A stretch of 64,000 nt of DNA. It comes from Sandaracinaceae bacterium (GTDB lineage: Bacteria; Myxococcota_A; Polyangia; Polyangiales; Sandaracinaceae). The DNA lies in contig JBFWYI010000006.1 in NCBI GenBank assembly GCA_050186575.1, positions 35,130 through 99,129 of the forward strand, read 5' to 3'. Shown here piece by piece: positions 28,419 through 38,167 of this stretch. The first letter of the stretch is position 1. Every line of letters starts with the position of its first letter. Made by a program: the position numbers and the translations under genes. The notes beneath the pieces are model-generated. The model did not search any database. It saw only the letters and a list, made by a program, of their open reading frames with translations, and was not told the DNA's origin.

Positions 28419-30716
28419 TCACCGCGGGACGCCGTCGGCGTCGAGGCGGCCGCAGGAACGCAGATCGCCGAGACGGCACGCGGTCCGGAGGTCATCGTAG
28501 GCGCCGCGCTCGTCGCCCGAGCGGCCGCGGAGGATCGCGCGGTTCGCGTACATGCGCGGCACCTCGGGCGCGAGGGCGACCGCGCGATCCGCGTCCGCCA
28601 CCGCGGTGGCGTTCTCCCCGCGCCGCGCCCGATCCACCGCGCGCGCGAGGTAGAGCTCCGGGTTCTCCGGCATCACTTCGATCGCGAGGTCGCACGCCTC
28701 CTCGACGCCGGGTCGCTGCCGACGGCTGAGCAGCGTGCACCTGAGCGCAAGTCCTTTTTCGTCGCGCGGGGACAGCTCGAGGCCGCGCTCGCACGCCGCG
28801 AACGCCTCGTCGATCTGTGCGGGCTCGTCGGACTCCGAGAGCGCGATCCCGAGCGACACCCACGCCGTCGCGTTGCGGGGGAAGCGCTCCACGAGACGGC
28901 GGAGGAACGGCACCGCGTCGAGGGTCCGGTGCGCGAGCTCGTAGACCTCCGTCATCTCGGCGAGCGCGTAGAGGTTGTCCGGATCGTCGTCGAGCACGCG
29001 CGCGAGATCGAGGTAGGCATCGCGCGTCTGCCCGCGGCGAGAGCGCAGCACGCCTCGGTGACGGAGCGCGTCGCGGTAGCGCGGGTCGATGTCGATCGCG
29101 CGCGTGAGGAGCTCGTCCGCGTCGTCGAAGCGACCCTGCCGCAGGGCGAGGAACCCGAGCGCCGTCAGGGCGCGCGGGCTGTCCGAGTGCGTGTTCTCGA
29201 GCGAGCGCGCAGCGACGAAGCCCTCATCGGTCCGGCCGAGCACGAAGAGCGCGAACATCCTCTCGACGAGCGCCTCGACGTCGCTCGGCTCGTCCTCGAG
29301 GCGGCGCGTCGCGGTGGCGAGGACGACGTTCGGGTCGCCGCCCACCGCTTCCGTCTCGACGAGCGGCTCCCCCGGCGCGGCGGCCACCCCCGACGGATCG
29401 GCGGGGTCGTCGTTGCTCAACACGTCGGGCGGGATGGGGTGATAGACGAGCGGCCGGACGCCCGCGTCGTCCGCGCCGCCGTCCTCGCGCGCCGCGTCGG
29501 TCACCCCGGCGTCGCGGGGCGCGTGAGCGCTCGTCTCAAGGCTCGCATCGCTCGACGTGGTGTCCGCATCGCGCGCGATGATCGTGACCGCACCGCCCGC
29601 GATCGCGAGCCCGACCAGACCCGCCGCCGCCCACGGCCAGCGCGGCCTCGGTCTCGACGCGGGCTCCGACGCCACGGCGGCATGGGTCTCCCCGGACGAC
29701 GCGCGCTCGACCAGCGCGAGGGTCTCCGCGTCGTCGGGCGCGTAGGCGAGCGCGCGATCCAACTTGCGGATCGCGTCGAGCGGCCGCCCCGAGTCGATCA
29801 GCGTGCGCGCCTCCCGCCGCAGCTGCTCGGTGACCCGCGCGCCGGCCTTCGCGGCGAACGCGGCCGCGTCGGTGATCACCGACACGCGGAGCGCGCGCGC
29901 CTCGCTCGCGGTACCGCTCATCCAGACCAGCAACCGCTCGAGGAGCGCCGCACCATCCCGCGGGCGCGCGGCCGGATCGGCGTCGAGGCACGCCGCGAGC
30001 AGCGCGTCGAGCTCCTCCGGTACGCGGCGATCGACCCCGCTCAAAGGAGCGAACGTGCCGCTGAGGATCGCCGCGACCTCCTCGCCGGCGCGCGCGCGCT
30101 CGAACGGACGGCGCCCCGTCACGAGCTCGTAGAGCATCACGCCGAACGCCCACACGTCCGCGCTCGGCGCGACGTCGCGTCCCTCGATGCGCTCGGGCGA
30201 CATGTAGGGGACCGACCCTGCGACCTCGCCCTCTCGGGTGTGTCGCGTGTCGGTCTCGGCGAGCGCGAGCCCGAGGTCGACGAGGGTCACATCGCCGAGC
30301 GGGCTGACCATGAGGTTCTCTGGCTTCACGTCGCGATGCACCAAGCCCTCGGCGTGCAACGCGGCGAGGGCATCCGCCAACGGCGCCAACAACACGAGCG
30401 CCGCCTCGGGACCGAGCGCCCGCCGGCCGAACAGATCGCGCAACGTCATGCCGCGCACGAGCGGCATCGCGAGCCACGGGCCGAGCGCTTCGTCGACGCC
30501 GTGATCGATCACGCGGATGAGGTGCGGGTGCTCGATGCGCTCGGCGATCCGGATCTCGCGCTCGAAGCGCGCCAGCTGCTCGGCCGACGCATCGCCGCCG
30601 CCGTGGAGCACCTTGATGGCGACGTCGCCCCCGTCCACGCGCGTCGCGCGGAACACCTGCGCCATCCCACCCTCCCCGATGGGCTCATGCAGCTCGTAGG
30701 GACCGACCGACGCCAT
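28419..30716 (-). CDS. Ser/Thr protein kinase (Hanks-type) with transmembrane segment and C-terminal TPR repeats
   Basis: Kinase subdomains are present: 'IGEGGMAQVFRA', 'VAIKVL', 'HRDVKPENLMV', 'DLGLA', 'GSVPYMSPE'. A TM helix 'WPWAAAGLVGLAIAGGAVTII' is followed by multiple TPR motifs. The stop lies 25 nt upstream of the FHA activator start. Confidence 0.85.
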   Translation of the reverse strand: MASVGPYELHEPIGEGGMAQVFRATRVDGGDVAIKVLHGGGDASAEQLARFEREIRIAERIEHPHLIRVIDHGVDEALGPWLAMPLVRGMTLRDLFGRRALGPEAALVLLAPLADALAALHAEGLVHRDVKPENLMVSPLGDVTLVDLGLALAETDTRHTREGEVAGSVPYMSPERIEGRDVAPSADVWAFGVMLYELVTGRRPFERARAGEEVAAILSGTFAPLSGVDRRVPEELDALLAACLDADPAARPRDGAALLERLLVWMSGTASEARALRVSVITDAAAFAAKAGARVTEQLRREARTLIDSGRPLDAIRKLDRALAYAPDDAETLALVERASSGETHAAVASEPASRPRPRWPWAAAGLVGLAIAGGAVTIIARDADTTSSDASLETSAHAPRDAGVTDAAREDGGADDAGVRPLVYHPIPPDVLSNDDPADPSGVAAAPGEPLVETEAVGGDPNVVLATATRRLEDEPSDVEALVERMFALFVLGRTDEGFVAARSLENTHSDSPRALTALGFLALRQGRFDDADELLTRAIDIDPRYRDALRHRGVLRSRRGQTRDAYLDLARVLDDDPDNLYALAEMTEVYELAHRTLDAVPFLRRLVERFPRNATAWVSLGIALSESDEPAQIDEAFAACERGLELSPRDEKGLALRCTLLSRRQRPGVEEACDLAIEVMPENPELYLARAVDRARRGENATAVADADRAVALAPEVPRMYANRAILRGRSGDERGAYDDLRTACRLGDLRSCGRLDADGVPR

Positions 30717-30957
30717 GCGCGCGCAGCATAGCCTCGCGGGCGCGACGGGCCGGGGCTCAGGCGCGCGAGCTCGCGGGACGGCGACGGCGGGACGTATGCG
30801 ACGAGCACGGGCCGCATCGAAGCGTGGGCCACCGTGGCCGCGTACGGCGCTGGCGCTCATCGGTCGCGAGGGCCATCATACCGAGGATGCTACATTGACG
30901 GCATCGTCGTCAGGCCGAGTCGCGCGAACGGACCGAGCTCCTGCACTCCCTCCGCGA

Positions 30958-31398
30958 TCACGTCGCGCGCGCGACGTGGGCGCGGGGGATGCTCAGCGCC
31001 GTCACCGTGACGTCCGGCACGCTCCCGGCGCTCCGGAGCGCCGTGCGTCCCGCCGGCCAGAGGATCACGAGCGCCAGCAGCCCGAGCCCGAACGCGACCA
31101 CCACGAGCGCGAGCGCCAGCCCGAGCGAGGGCGACGCGATCACCGAGGCCACCGCGAGGACCGCCACCGCGCCGTGGACCGCGCGATCCAACCCCGATGA
31201 CGTCGTCTCGGTCGCGACGCGGAGCGCGACGCGCACGTCGTCCGCCGCGTCGCCGTACGACGCGACGGCGACGGCGGCCCGCACGGCGTACCCGATGTCA
31301 CCCGCGCGTCCGGTCGCGGCAGACGCGGCGAGCGCCGCGCAGACCACACCGATGCCGTACGCCCGATGGGCGCGACTCTTCCCGATCCTCCGGCTCAA
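30958..31398 (-). CDS. Hypothetical small membrane protein (uncertain)
   Basis: Hydrophobic Ala/Val-rich ORF with a TTG start and no clear RBS. It could be a GC-frame artefact. Confidence 0.2.
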   Translation of the reverse strand: MSRRIGKSRAHRAYGIGVVCAALAASAATGRAGDIGYAVRAAVAVASYGDAADDVRVALRVATETTSSGLDRAVHGAVAVLAVASVIASPSLGLALALVVVAFGLGLLALVILWPAGRTALRSAGSVPDVTVTALSIPRAHVARAT

Positions 31399-31561
31399 CG
31401 CTCGACCTCGCGGTTGGGGTTCGCGGGTGGCGGCCTTCCCAACGCGCGTGCCACGTGCAGCGCGCGACGTAGTGCGCGATTTGCTGGGAGTTTCTGACGT
31501 CGACGGACAAACCTGACCGCCAGGCGCGCCGGATCTGTCAGTCGGAGCTAGCCTTGATGGG

Positions 31562-32440
31562 ATGGCCTACCGCGACGATCTCGAAGCCGCGCACGCGCGC
31601 GCCGATGCGTTGGAGGAGCGGCTCCAAGCGCTCGAGGCGGAGAACGCCGCGTTGCGCGACGGCGATGCGCGCACGAGATCGGCGCGGCTCGAGCACCTCG
31701 AAGCGGAGAACGCGGAGCTGCGGAGCGAGGCCGCGGTCACGGAGGCCGCGCTCGAGGACGCGCAGCGGCCCGCGCCCCGTCCTCCGGAGCATGTGCCCGC
31801 GTACCGGCGACGCGAGTTCACGCTCGGCGGCACCGCGCTCGGGTTCGCGTTCGTCGGCGCGATGTCGCTCTACGGCGGCTTCCGCCACCAGGGCTTCGTT
31901 TTCCTCGGCCTCGCCTGCCTCGTCGGGATCGTCGCGGCGATCCGGTACGCGACCGGTCGACGAGCGCAGCCCGGGTTCCTCCTCGTCGTCTTCCGTCGCC
32001 GTCCCAAGAGCTCCGACGCGAGCGGCGTCAACTATCGTGTCGTCAGCGAAGGAGCGGTCACCCCGATCCCGCTGCTCGAACGCATCGACGCCCTCGACCT
32101 CCGGCCCCACGAGCTCCACGTCGCGGTCGCCGCGTCGACCCAGGAGCGCGAGCCCGTCGATGTCTACGCGGACGCGCGCATCCGCCTCGCCGACGTCGCG
32201 CCTGGAGTCGACGCCGCGATCGAGCGCTTCCTCGGCCGGCGACGACACGAGGTCGAGCGGCGGGCCAAGGAGGCGCTCGTGCATCAGATTCGCGGGTTCG
32301 TCGGGAGCGAGCCGTCGAGCGCTCTGCGCGCCGACCTCAAGCGCGCGCGCCACGAGATCCGCCAGCGCGTCGAGGACGAGCTCGGGCCGCTCGGGATCGT
32401 GGTCGAGCGCGTCAAAGTCGACATCGTCAAGTCACGCTGA
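31562..32440 (+). CDS. Hypothetical membrane protein with N-terminal coiled coil, TM helices and a C-terminal SPFH/band-7-like region
   Basis: A heptad-rich N-terminus (LEERLQALEAENAALR...) is followed by two TM segments. The C-terminal region has SPFH-like spacing ('VDVYADARIRL...GIVVERVKVDIV'). Confidence 0.45.
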   Translation: MAYRDDLEAAHARADALEERLQALEAENAALRDGDARTRSARLEHLEAENAELRSEAAVTEAALEDAQRPAPRPPEHVPAYRRREFTLGGTALGFAFVGAMSLYGGFRHQGFVFLGLACLVGIVAAIRYATGRRAQPGFLLVVFRRRPKSSDASGVNYRVVSEGAVTPIPLLERIDALDLRPHELHVAVAASTQEREPVDVYADARIRLADVAPGVDAAIERFLGRRRHEVERRAKEALVHQIRGFVGSEPSSALRADLKRARHEIRQRVEDELGPLGIVVERVKVDIVKSR

Positions 32441-32692
32441 CGGTGCCGTCTTGCACGACGTCCTCGTCACGGGGGCGGCGAGTCCGCGCGGTGTGGGCCG
32501 GGAGGCCACAACAGGTGTGGGGTGATCTTCACACCCCGGTGCGAAGCCCGTGCGGCGCTCGCCGCGAAGGGCGCTTCGCGCTCACGAAGCTCCTCGACAC
32601 ATCGCCTACCCCAGCTGCAAAGCGATCTGCGCACCCCTGACGGGCGCCACGACGGCATCGCGCTTGCTCTCTCCACCCACGAGGAGGTGAGC

Positions 32693-33331
32693 ATGCGCGG
32701 ACATGACCGAGCGATCGCGATGGTGGGGATTCTCGCGGTGATGGGGGTGGGAGCCCCCGCGCTCGCCCAGACGGCGACCGTCGAGGTGCAGACCACGCCC
32801 CCGCCGTATCAGCCAGCCCCGCAACCCCAGCCGCAACCTTACGTGCAGCCATACACCCAGCCGGCGCCCTACGGGCAGCCGGGCTATGGGCAACCGGGTT
32901 ACGTCCAACCCGCGCCGCAGCCCCAGCCGCATGAAGAGACCCGCATGCACCTCGGGCTCACGATCAGCGGCGCCGTGATGCTCGGTGTCAGCTACCTCCT
33001 GCACGCCGCGATCGTCAGCCCGCTCGCGGGGTGCGACTTCGACACGTGTCACGGCGAGTGGAACGGCTTCCGCTACGCGGGGCTCATCCCCTTGGCCGGT
33101 CCGTGGGTGCAGCTCGCGGTTCGCCCGGGCGCGAGCGACCTCGACGCGTGGGGTCCGTACCTCGTCATCGACGGTCTCCTCCAGACCGCCGGCCTCACGT
33201 TGTTGATCCTCGGGCTGACGCTGCGCGAGACCGTCACCGTGTACTCGTCGCGCGACGGCGACTTCGAGCTCGCGGTGCTCCCCAGCGCGGGGCAGAACGG
33301 CGGCGGCCTCGCCGCGGTCGGTCGGTTCTAG
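32693..33331 (+). CDS. Hypothetical secreted/membrane protein with Pro/Gln/Tyr-rich repeat region
   Basis: Signal peptide 'MRGHDRAIAMVGILAVMGVGAPALAQ'. A (PQPQPY/GQPGY) low-complexity segment follows, then hydrophobic segments. RBS GAGGAGG precedes the ATG. Confidence 0.5.
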   Translation: MRGHDRAIAMVGILAVMGVGAPALAQTATVEVQTTPPPYQPAPQPQPQPYVQPYTQPAPYGQPGYGQPGYVQPAPQPQPHEETRMHLGLTISGAVMLGVSYLLHAAIVSPLAGCDFDTCHGEWNGFRYAGLIPLAGPWVQLAVRPGASDLDAWGPYLVIDGLLQTAGLTLLILGLTLRETVTVYSSRDGDFELAVLPSAGQNGGGLAAVGRF

Positions 33332-33405
33332 CTCTTGTGCACTCGCTCACCCCGCGCGCGCCCTCCCTCTTTGGGGCGCGGCTAACCTCCCGGGTCGGAG
33401 GGCAC

Positions 33406-33795
33406 ATGACCGCCAAGACGGGCATCGAGATCAAGCCGGGCATCTCGGACGCGCAGAGGAAGACCGACGCGCTCATGAAGAAGCTCCACCTCGAGTGGTT
33501 CGGCGCCGCGATCAAGTCGCTCGCCAAGGGCGCGACGATGACGATCACGCTCGATGGCCAGCGACGGACCGAGCCCTGGGCGGGCGCTCACTTCGTCGAG
33601 TGCACGCCGGGCGCCCACGAGCTCCAGCTCGAGTGGGACACCCACAGCATCGGCGGGCACAGCCTCGAGCCGCTCGTCCAGACCATCACCGTCGAGCCGG
33701 GCCAGATCACCGAGCTCGTCTACAGCGTGCAAACCCTGGTGTCGCACGGACCCGCCGCCGCGTCGCTCGAGATCAAGGGCCGCCGCCCCGGCTGA
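33406..33795 (+). CDS. Hypothetical protein (129 aa), beta-rich, possibly a PEGA-like domain
   Basis: Balanced composition. Only weak resemblance to the PEGA beta-sandwich. Confidence 0.4.
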   Translation: MTAKTGIEIKPGISDAQRKTDALMKKLHLEWFGAAIKSLAKGATMTITLDGQRRTEPWAGAHFVECTPGAHELQLEWDTHSIGGHSLEPLVQTITVEPGQITELVYSVQTLVSHGPAAASLEIKGRRPG

Positions 33796-33894
33796 CGCGC
33801 CGATTGAACGGACCGGCCCGCCGCCGCATGCTGCCGCGGTGTCGCTGGACCTCGTCGTCGTTCGGCGCCGCCCCGGCGCGCGCCGAGGCGCCTC

Positions 33895-35922
33895 GTGACG
33901 CTCCTCGGACGCGACACCGAGCTCCGTTTGCTCGCGGAGCGGCGAGCCGCGGGAACGCCGACGCGGCTCGTCGGCGCACCTGGGATCGGGCGCCGCGCGT
34001 TGCTCCGCGCGAGCGGGCTGGCGAACGATCCGCGGGGAGCGCCGGTCGTGGTCGGTCCGCTGGCGCTCGACGCGTCGGTCGCGCTCTTGCGCCGAGAGCT
34101 TACCGCGCACGCGCCCGAGCGCGACGACGACGACGACGCGCTGGCGACGCTCGCGCTCCGGCTCGACGGAGTGCCGCTCCTGCTCGAGCTCGGCGCGCGC
34201 CACGCCGCGATGCGCGGGCCGGACGCGACGCTCCGCGCGCTCGACGACGCGGAGATCACGGAGCTGATGGCCCACGACCCGCGCGCCGTCGACTGGACCG
34301 CGCGGGTCGATGCGCTCGCCGACGGCTCGCTCGCGGCGCTCGCGATCTTCGCCGGCCGCTTCGACGAGGCGGCCGCGCGCGCCGTCGCACCGGGCGCGGC
34401 GGACGACATCGCGTCGCTCGTCGAGCAAGGCCTGTTGCTCGTCGACGGGAGCGCGCTCCGCATGCTGGCGCCGATGCGGCGGCGGCTCCGCGCGCGCCCG
34501 CCCGCCGATCCCGAGCGCCGTGCACGTCACGCCGCGTGGACGCTCGCGCAGCGCCGGCCCGATCCGGCCGACCTCCGCGAGGTGTTCGAGGAGCACGACG
34601 GTCGGCTCGCGCGTCGCGCCGGGGCGCGCCTCGCGTCGTACGCGATCGACCGCGGCCCGGTGCAGCACCACCTCGCGAGGCTGATCGCACTGCACGCGGA
34701 GATCGGCGACGCCGACCCGGAGACGGAGCGCGCGCTCGCGACGCTCCACCTGATCCTGGGTGAGCCCGAGATCGCGTGGCGCCGCATCGAGCCGCTGGCC
34801 CATCGGAGCGCGCGCGATCGACACGTCGCGGCGAACGTCTTGCGCCGCCTCGGGCGCGACGCGGAGGCCGAGCGCCACTACGAACAGGCGATCGCAGCCC
34901 TCGAGCTGGAGGACGATCGCGCGCAGCTCGGACGCGCGCTCTCGAACTACGGCGGGCTCGCGATGGAGCGCGGCGACGTGGATCGCGCGCGCGCGCTGTG
35001 GCGACGCGCGCTCCGCTGCTTCGCGCGGGACGAGGACCCGCGCGCGCAGGCCACCACGCTCGGCGATCTCGGATTGCTCGACCACGAATCGGGCGCCCTC
35101 GACGACGCGGAGGGCCGCTACCGCGCCGCGCTCGCGATCCACGAGGCGCAGCGCAACCTCCGCTCGATCGGGATCGTTTCGCAGGATCTCGGTGAGCTCT
35201 TGCTCCTGCGGGGGAGCCCGCTCGAGGCGCGGAAGTACCTCGCGCGCGCGGTCACGCTCCATCGTCGGATCGGGGATGCGCGGCAACGCGCGCTCGCCGA
35301 GGCCGCCCTCGCGTTCGCGGCGTTGGTGGCCGGCGACGCGGACGGCGCGCGCGCCCGGCTCGACGCGCTGCGCGACGAGGCGCCAGACGATCTACGAGGC
35401 GTGATGACGCTCTACCGCGCCGCGCTTCGCCTCGCGTCCGTGCGCGCCGCGAACGCGCGCGGGGACGTGACGGAACAGAAGCGCGCGGCGAGCGAGCTCG
35501 AGCGAGACCTCGACGAGCTCGGCCGTACGCCCGACGAGGCGCGCCGCGTCGCGAAGATGATCGCGGCCGAGCTCGCCCGCGCACGCCGCGCGCGCGGATG
35601 GACGATCGCGGCGGACGGAGGGTTCGTGGTGACCCCCGACGACGAACGGATCGATCTGAGCCGCAAGCACGTGTGGCGTCGACTCGTCCAAGCGCTCCTC
35701 GAGCGGCGCCTCGCGCGCCCCGGGGATCCCCTCTCCATGGAGCAGCTCGTGCGGCTGGGCTGGCCCGAGCAGCGCACCGTCCACGCGGCGGCGCGCAACC
35801 GCCTGCACGTCGCGCTGAGCGGCATCCGCAAGGCTGGCCTCGAACCGCTGCTCGTCAAGACCGATCAAGGTTACTTGCTGGACCCCGACGTGGACGTCGT
35901 GGCTCAGAAGCAGACGTCGTAG
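33895..35922 (+). CDS. STAND-type regulator paralog: P-loop NTPase + TPR + C-terminal OmpR/PhoB-type winged helix
   Basis: Walker A 'GAPGIGRRALL'. TPR region 'HYEQAIAALELEDDRAQLGRALSNYGGLAMERGDVDRARALWRRAL...'. The C-terminus 'MEQLVRLGWPEQRTVHAAARNRLHVALSGIRKAGLEPLLVKTDQGYLL' matches trans_reg_C. It shares architecture with the ORF at 137-2842. Confidence 0.65.
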   Translation: MTLLGRDTELRLLAERRAAGTPTRLVGAPGIGRRALLRASGLANDPRGAPVVVGPLALDASVALLRRELTAHAPERDDDDDALATLALRLDGVPLLLELGARHAAMRGPDATLRALDDAEITELMAHDPRAVDWTARVDALADGSLAALAIFAGRFDEAAARAVAPGAADDIASLVEQGLLLVDGSALRMLAPMRRRLRARPPADPERRARHAAWTLAQRRPDPADLREVFEEHDGRLARRAGARLASYAIDRGPVQHHLARLIALHAEIGDADPETERALATLHLILGEPEIAWRRIEPLAHRSARDRHVAANVLRRLGRDAEAERHYEQAIAALELEDDRAQLGRALSNYGGLAMERGDVDRARALWRRALRCFARDEDPRAQATTLGDLGLLDHESGALDDAEGRYRAALAIHEAQRNLRSIGIVSQDLGELLLLRGSPLEARKYLARAVTLHRRIGDARQRALAEAALAFAALVAGDADGARARLDALRDEAPDDLRGVMTLYRAALRLASVRAANARGDVTEQKRAASELERDLDELGRTPDEARRVAKMIAAELARARRARGWTIAADGGFVVTPDDERIDLSRKHVWRRLVQALLERRLARPGDPLSMEQLVRLGWPEQRTVHAAARNRLHVALSGIRKAGLEPLLVKTDQGYLLDPDVDVVAQKQTS

Positions 35923-36929
35923 ACACGAACGCCCGATCCGTCGCCGAGCGCGAGCACCTGGCCCACCCACGCGATCGCGTACGCTGGCGCGAGCGCGGGC
36001 TCCTCGCGCGTCGTCCCCGCGTCGAGGTCGTGCACGCGGAGCGCGGCCGAGTCGAGCGTGAGGAGCCGCGATCCCCGAGCCACCAGCGCCTCGCCGCCGG
36101 CCATCGACGGAAGCTCGTCGAGCGTCGCGAGATCGAACACCCGGACCCCGTCGACTGTACCGAGGAAGCCTCGATCCGCGTACACCGCGAGCGCGCCATG
36201 GCCCGCCCGTGGGCTGAGCGGCATCCTCACGATCGGCATCGCCGCCGTTGGATCGCTCACGTCGACGACGGTGAGCGTGTCGTCGGCGTCGGGGTCCACG
36301 TCGGCGACGAGCGCCACCGCGCCGTCCGTCGCGATCCGCACCGGGTGCTTGCCGGTCACGTCGACGGTGGACAGCGACGCGAGGCCCGACAGATCCGTGA
36401 TGCGATGCGCCTCGAACACGTTGATGCGCGCGGCGCTCGGGTGCCGGTACGCGTAGAGCGTGTCGCCGAACCCGGCGACCGTCGCCTGCCCCGAGACGTC
36501 GACCCACGCGGTCTCCTCGAGCCCGGCGTCGTTCGAGAGCACGCGGAGCGCGCTCCCGTCGTACACCGCGATCACGCCCCCCGTCGCGAGCACCTGCAGG
36601 ACGGGCACGGGCGCCTCGCGAGCGGTGAAGTCCGCGAGCGCGATGACGCGCAGCGCGCTCGGGCTCCCGACGTAGATCGAGTCCGCGTCGAGCGCGAGCG
36701 AGGTGACGCCGTCGGGGATCGGCAACACCGCGCGCAACGTCACACACGCGCTCCCCGCGTCCTCGCCGCCCGCATCGAGGCTTGCGGCATCGATCCCCGA
36801 GTCGGCGGCGCCGGCATCGCTCGCGCCGGCATCGCGCGCGCCGGCATCGCGCGCGCCGGCGTCGGTCGCAGGATCCCTCTGACACGCCAGGGCGAGCACG
36901 AGCACGAGGGGGATCGGCCAGCGGCCCAT
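35904..36929 (-). CDS. Lipoprotein with beta-propeller-like (LVIVD/YVTN-type) repeats and N-terminal 'DAGARDAG' low-complexity linker
   Basis: Lipobox 'LALACQ'. Repeated '...V.VYD...' blades are present. The 'DAGARDAGARDAGASDAGAADSG' linker is typical of myxobacterial secreted proteins. Confidence 0.6.
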   Translation of the reverse strand: MGRWPIPLVLVLALACQRDPATDAGARDAGARDAGASDAGAADSGIDAASLDAGGEDAGSACVTLRAVLPIPDGVTSLALDADSIYVGSPSALRVIALADFTAREAPVPVLQVLATGGVIAVYDGSALRVLSNDAGLEETAWVDVSGQATVAGFGDTLYAYRHPSAARINVFEAHRITDLSGLASLSTVDVTGKHPVRIATDGAVALVADVDPDADDTLTVVDVSDPTAAMPIVRMPLSPRAGHGALAVYADRGFLGTVDGVRVFDLATLDELPSMAGGEALVARGSRLLTLDSAALRVHDLDAGTTREEPALAPAYAIAWVGQVLALGDGSGVRVYDVCF

Positions 36930-36992
36930 CGCACGATGCTAGCCCACCCACTCTTAAGCGGCCGGCTAAGTCCCCGAGCGCGATCACCAGGC

Positions 36993-38147
36993 ATGCGATT
37001 CACCCTCCTTTGCTTCCTCGCGGTCGGCTGCGCGCGCTCCACCCTTCCCCTCCCCGAGGAAGGCGGCGCGCCGTCGGACGCCGGCTCGCCTCTGTCAGAC
37101 GGCGGCGTCGACGCCGGCCGAGACGCGGGGCCGCCCCGTCCCGACGCCGGCCTGCCCGATGCCGGCACGCCGCGGCCGTGCTTCGACGAGCCGGTCGAGC
37201 TCGCGTTCGACGACAGCGTCCACGCGAGCCGGTCCGCCCTTCACCCGATCGCGGCCGCCGGTACCGACGACGGATGGCTCGCGCTCTATCACGGACCGAC
37301 CGGCGACCGCGCCACACGGATGGGCCTCGATGGCACGGTCGGCGACACGCTCACGCTGCCCGGTGCGAGCGCGATCCCGGTGTCGATCGGCTCCCCGCTC
37401 GTCACCCGCATCGTCGACGGCGAGCTCGTCGTGCTCGGATGGGCGCTCCTACGCCTCGGCCCGGTCGACGGAAGCTTCACGGACAGCTGGCTCCCGTTGG
37501 ACGGGAACGTGGTCGGCTGGTGGGTCGACGAAGCGTCCGCGGGCGCGCCGATCCGGGTGGTCCGTCGCACCGACACCGAGCTCGACGTCGTCGACCTCCG
37601 CTTCGACGACGCCGATCCGACCGGGCTCGTCGAGGTCGCCCGCGCTCCCCTCGGCGCAGCGGAGCTCGCGCCCGCGTGCCGCTTCGCGTCGGCGACGGAG
37701 ATCGAGTGCGTGCGCTACGTCGACGTCACCTGGCGACGCGAGCGGTACGACCTCGTAGATGACGCATGGGTCCTCGTCGACACCCAGTCGGACGGCGATC
37801 CTCCCGGACGCATCTACGACATCGTCGGAGGGCGCGCCCTCACCAACCGCTGGACGTCGGACGGCAACGTGACGTTCCTCGAGCTCCCCGGCGGCCCTCG
37901 CAGTCGCCTGTTCGAGCCCTACCCTTACGCGTGGCTCGACACCCCCTCGCTCGTCGTGGTCGCGAGCTCGGGCGCCGTCCACGTCTACGACCGATCCTCC
38001 CTCACGCTCCTGCGCGAGATCCCCGTCGCCGGAGGGATCCACGCGATCACCCTGCGTGGCTCGACGCTCTTCGTCTTGTCCGTCGGCGTCGGCGCGCCGG
38101 ACACGAACGAGCGAGCGCAGCTCCTCGCCCGCTGCATCGACCTCTGA
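36993..38147 (+). CDS. Hypothetical lipoprotein, divergent from the previous lipoprotein
   Basis: Lipobox 'FLAVGCARS'. A Gly/Asp/Ala-rich linker is followed by a beta-rich domain. Confidence 0.6.
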   Translation: MRFTLLCFLAVGCARSTLPLPEEGGAPSDAGSPLSDGGVDAGRDAGPPRPDAGLPDAGTPRPCFDEPVELAFDDSVHASRSALHPIAAAGTDDGWLALYHGPTGDRATRMGLDGTVGDTLTLPGASAIPVSIGSPLVTRIVDGELVVLGWALLRLGPVDGSFTDSWLPLDGNVVGWWVDEASAGAPIRVVRRTDTELDVVDLRFDDADPTGLVEVARAPLGAAELAPACRFASATEIECVRYVDVTWRRERYDLVDDAWVLVDTQSDGDPPGRIYDIVGGRALTNRWTSDGNVTFLELPGGPRSRLFEPYPYAWLDTPSLVVVASSGAVHVYDRSSLTLLREIPVAGGIHAITLRGSTLFVLSVGVGAPDTNERAQLLARCIDL

Positions 38148-38167
38148 GCCGGAAGCGGCTCGCACGC

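Noticed and set aside
30715-31560. Possible genes between the kinase start and the SPFH-like gene (+ frames 30715-31200, 30989-31516)
   Set aside because: They are Arg/Ala-rich artefact frames. Only the minus-strand hydrophobic ORF was kept, at low confidence.
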